From Macrostomum lignano (Eukaryota), in contig NIVC01004008.1 in assembly GCA_002269645.1 (NCBI GenBank), positions 1 through 24,810 on the forward strand: 24,810 nucleotides of DNA, read 5' to 3'. Below the pieces are notes generated by a model that saw only the letters and a list, made by a program, of their open reading frames with translations, was not told where the DNA came from and did no database searches. The position numbers and the translations under genes are program-made. Positions 22,880 to 24,810 of this stretch are shown one piece after another (position 1 is the first letter of the stretch; each line of letters begins with the position of its first letter).

Positions 22880-23525
22880 AGACGACTGGGGAGAAGAGAC
22901 AACAGTGTGAGAAGAGAAAACAGGGGGAGAAGAGACAACAGGGTGAGAAGAGATGACAGGGGGAGAAGAGGCAACAGGGGGAGAAGAGACAACAGGGTGA
23001 GAAGAGACAACAGGGTGAGAAGAGATGACAGGGGAGAAGAGGCAACAGGGTGAGAAGAGACAACAAGGTGAGAAGAGACAACAGGGTGAGGAAATACAAC
23101 AGGGTGAGAAGAGACAACTGGGTGAGAGGCGATAAGATAAGAGGTGAGATGATAGCAGAGGGAGAAGAGACAACAAGGGGAGAAGAGACAACAGGGGAGA
23201 AGAGACAATAGGGTGAGAAGAGACAACAGGCTGAGGAGAGACAACAAGGGGAGAAGAGACAACAGGGGGAGAAGAGACAACAGGGGGAGAAGAGACAACA
23301 GGGGGAGAAGAGACAACAGGGGGAGAAGAGACAACAGGGGGAGAAGAGACAACAGGGGGAGAAGAGACAACAGGGGGAGAAGAGACAACAGGGGGAGAAG
23401 AGACAACAGGGGGAGAAGAGACAACAGGGGGAGAAGAGACAACAGGGGGAGAAGAGACAATAGGGTGAGAAGAGACAACAGGCTGAGGAGAGACAACTGG
23501 ATGAGAGGCGATAAGATGAGAAGTG
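22880..23525. repeat. 18-bp purine-rich minisatellite (GGGAGAAGAGACAACAGG), about 35 copies, in an 801-nt intron
   Basis: Period of 18. It explains the RRDNRG and VVSSPP ORFs. Confidence 0.94.
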
Positions 23526-23585
23526 ATATGATAAGAAAACACGGTGAGAAGAAGATTACTGGGCCCATCGGGGAGTCCCCCTCAC

Positions 23586-23839
23586 CGGCCGCGACTCTGC
23601 ATGTCGTCCATCTGCAGTTCAGTGAGCTGCTGCTTGTAGCGCAGGTAGGTCTTGAGGGCGAAATGGGTCTTCTCTTGCAGCCGCTTCCCCTGCTTGAGGT
23701 CGCGCACAGCCTCCTCCCGTCTCAGGATCTCGTTCAACAGGTCCAGCAGGTCCTCTTTCATGCGGAAGACCTCGTTCTGCCTGGCCCGATAGTCCCCGGC
23801 AAGGCGACGGTTTTCCTCCAGAGCCGCCCTGTACTCGCT
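23586..23839 (-). CDS. Coiled-coil protein exon
   Basis: gttttag|SEYRAALEENRRLAGDYRARQNEVFRMKEDLLDLLNEILRREEAVRDLKQGKRLQEKTHFALKTYLRYKQQLTELQMDDMQSRG CG|gtgagg. Heptad-rich, with a tentative recalled resemblance to the CCDC175/CCDC178 C-terminus (unverified). Confidence 0.85.
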
Positions 23840-23959
23840 CTAAAACGCGTGTCCGGGTATAAATGTTACTCAAATGCGTACTGTTCTACTGTTTGAGTTG
23901 CAGAGCAGTAGTATAGGTTGAATTCTGTTAGATAAATATTATTGACAAATTATTTTCAC

Positions 23960-24119
23960 CTCCAGCTGCCGCTGCGTCTCCCGCCGGTTCTCCTGCAGCC
24001 GCCGATGCTCGTCCGCCCTGGAGGCCATTCGAGCCTGAACTGCGGCCAGCTGCGCCTTCAACGAATCGTCGCTGCGGGTCGACTTTGACAACTCGTGTGT
24101 CAACTGCTGCATCTGATCC
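23960..24119 (-). CDS. Coiled-coil protein exon
   Basis: aacccag|G DQMQQLTHELSKSTRSDDSLKAQLAAVQARMASRADEHRRLQENRRETQRQLE|gtgaaa; phases match both neighbouring exons. Confidence 0.85.
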
Positions 24120-24225
24120 CTGGGTTGGTGACAACCGTTGTAGGTTTGTGGGATTTTATAAGATTGTCAATGGGCATGTGTGCTTAACCCGGTAAAATGG
24201 TAAAATTGCATCTTTCTCTCCTCAC

Positions 24226-24590
24226 TCAAGCATCCGGATTGCGTCAGTGAACTTCATCTGAGTCCGCTTGATCATGCCAGTCTGGTCATAGATGTCCCGG
24301 ATTTTCTTGTTCATCATCTCGATCTGCTCGCCGATTTCGGCCAACCTGGCCACCAGACGGTCCACTTCGGCCTTCTCGGCCTCGTGCTTCGGCGCAGTTC
24401 GCCGATTCGACCGTCCAGTCGAGCCTCGGTTTGGCGCGCTCTTCGAGGAGGTCGTCCAGCTCGCGTTGAAGCGCATCGGCTACGGCGCACTTTTCGGCCG
24501 ATTCGGCGCGCAGTTCGCGACCTTCTGGCGCATCTGCGACACCAGGACCTCCATTTTTTCGGACATTTTCTTCAGTTTGGCCTTCTTCAC
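24226..24590 (-). CDS. Coiled-coil protein exon with three apparent 1-bp deletions (assembly error or pseudogenisation)
   Basis: ccaacag|VKKAKLKKMSEKMEVLVSQMRQKV / RELRAESAEKCAVADALQRELDDLLEERAK / EARLDGRIGELRR / KHEAEKAEVDRLVARLAEIGEQIEMMNKKIRD...IRML GA|gtgagg. As sequenced there is an in-frame TAG at 24482-24480. Confidence 0.75.
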
Positions 24591-24810
24591 CTGTTGGTTG
24601 AGAGAGATTGAACCGATGATGCTATGCCATGAACACCTATTAATAGGAGCTAATCTACAATGACAGATCGCTTAATTTAGACAGCACACAATGATTGCTA
24701 GCTCGTAAATTCAAACCGCGTGAACTAACCGGACCGTTCTCCACATCTTCATGATCAATGCTAACTGAAAAAACCCTTCTCAAGCAGTAAAAGCGATACG
24801 AGTACCTGAC

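Overview
This is eukaryotic (metazoan, probably invertebrate) genomic DNA with GT-AG introns and GC-rich exons; the host is not established, and the style resembles the flatworm Macrostomum (unverified impression). Roughly 9 kb (about 36%) is tandem repeat in 12 separate arrays, and these explain almost all long ORFs in the supplied track. Hand-splicing gives, in order: (1) the 3' end of a + strand DEG/ENaC sodium channel gene with a frame-disrupted tail ending in a PDZ-type ETQL; (2) a convergent tRNA-Thr(AGT)/tRNA-Thr(TGT) pair; (3) a complete 6-exon, 348-aa hnRNP A/B/D (squid-like) gene with two RRMs, a QY-repeat/poly-Pro tail and a PY-NLS (4844-15379, +); (4) a 3-coding-exon, 423-aa uncharacterised HAD-like gene (20554-17881, -) with a CORE-type SINE in intron 2; (5) the last four exons of a long coiled-coil protein gene (24590-22631, -) with three apparent 1-bp deletions in one exon. 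I found no convincing new multi-gene system. The best leads are a 47-bp hAT-like mini-element, a minisatellite that supplies a stop codon, the divergent hnRNP with a candidate poison exon, and the uncharacterised HAD-like enzyme.
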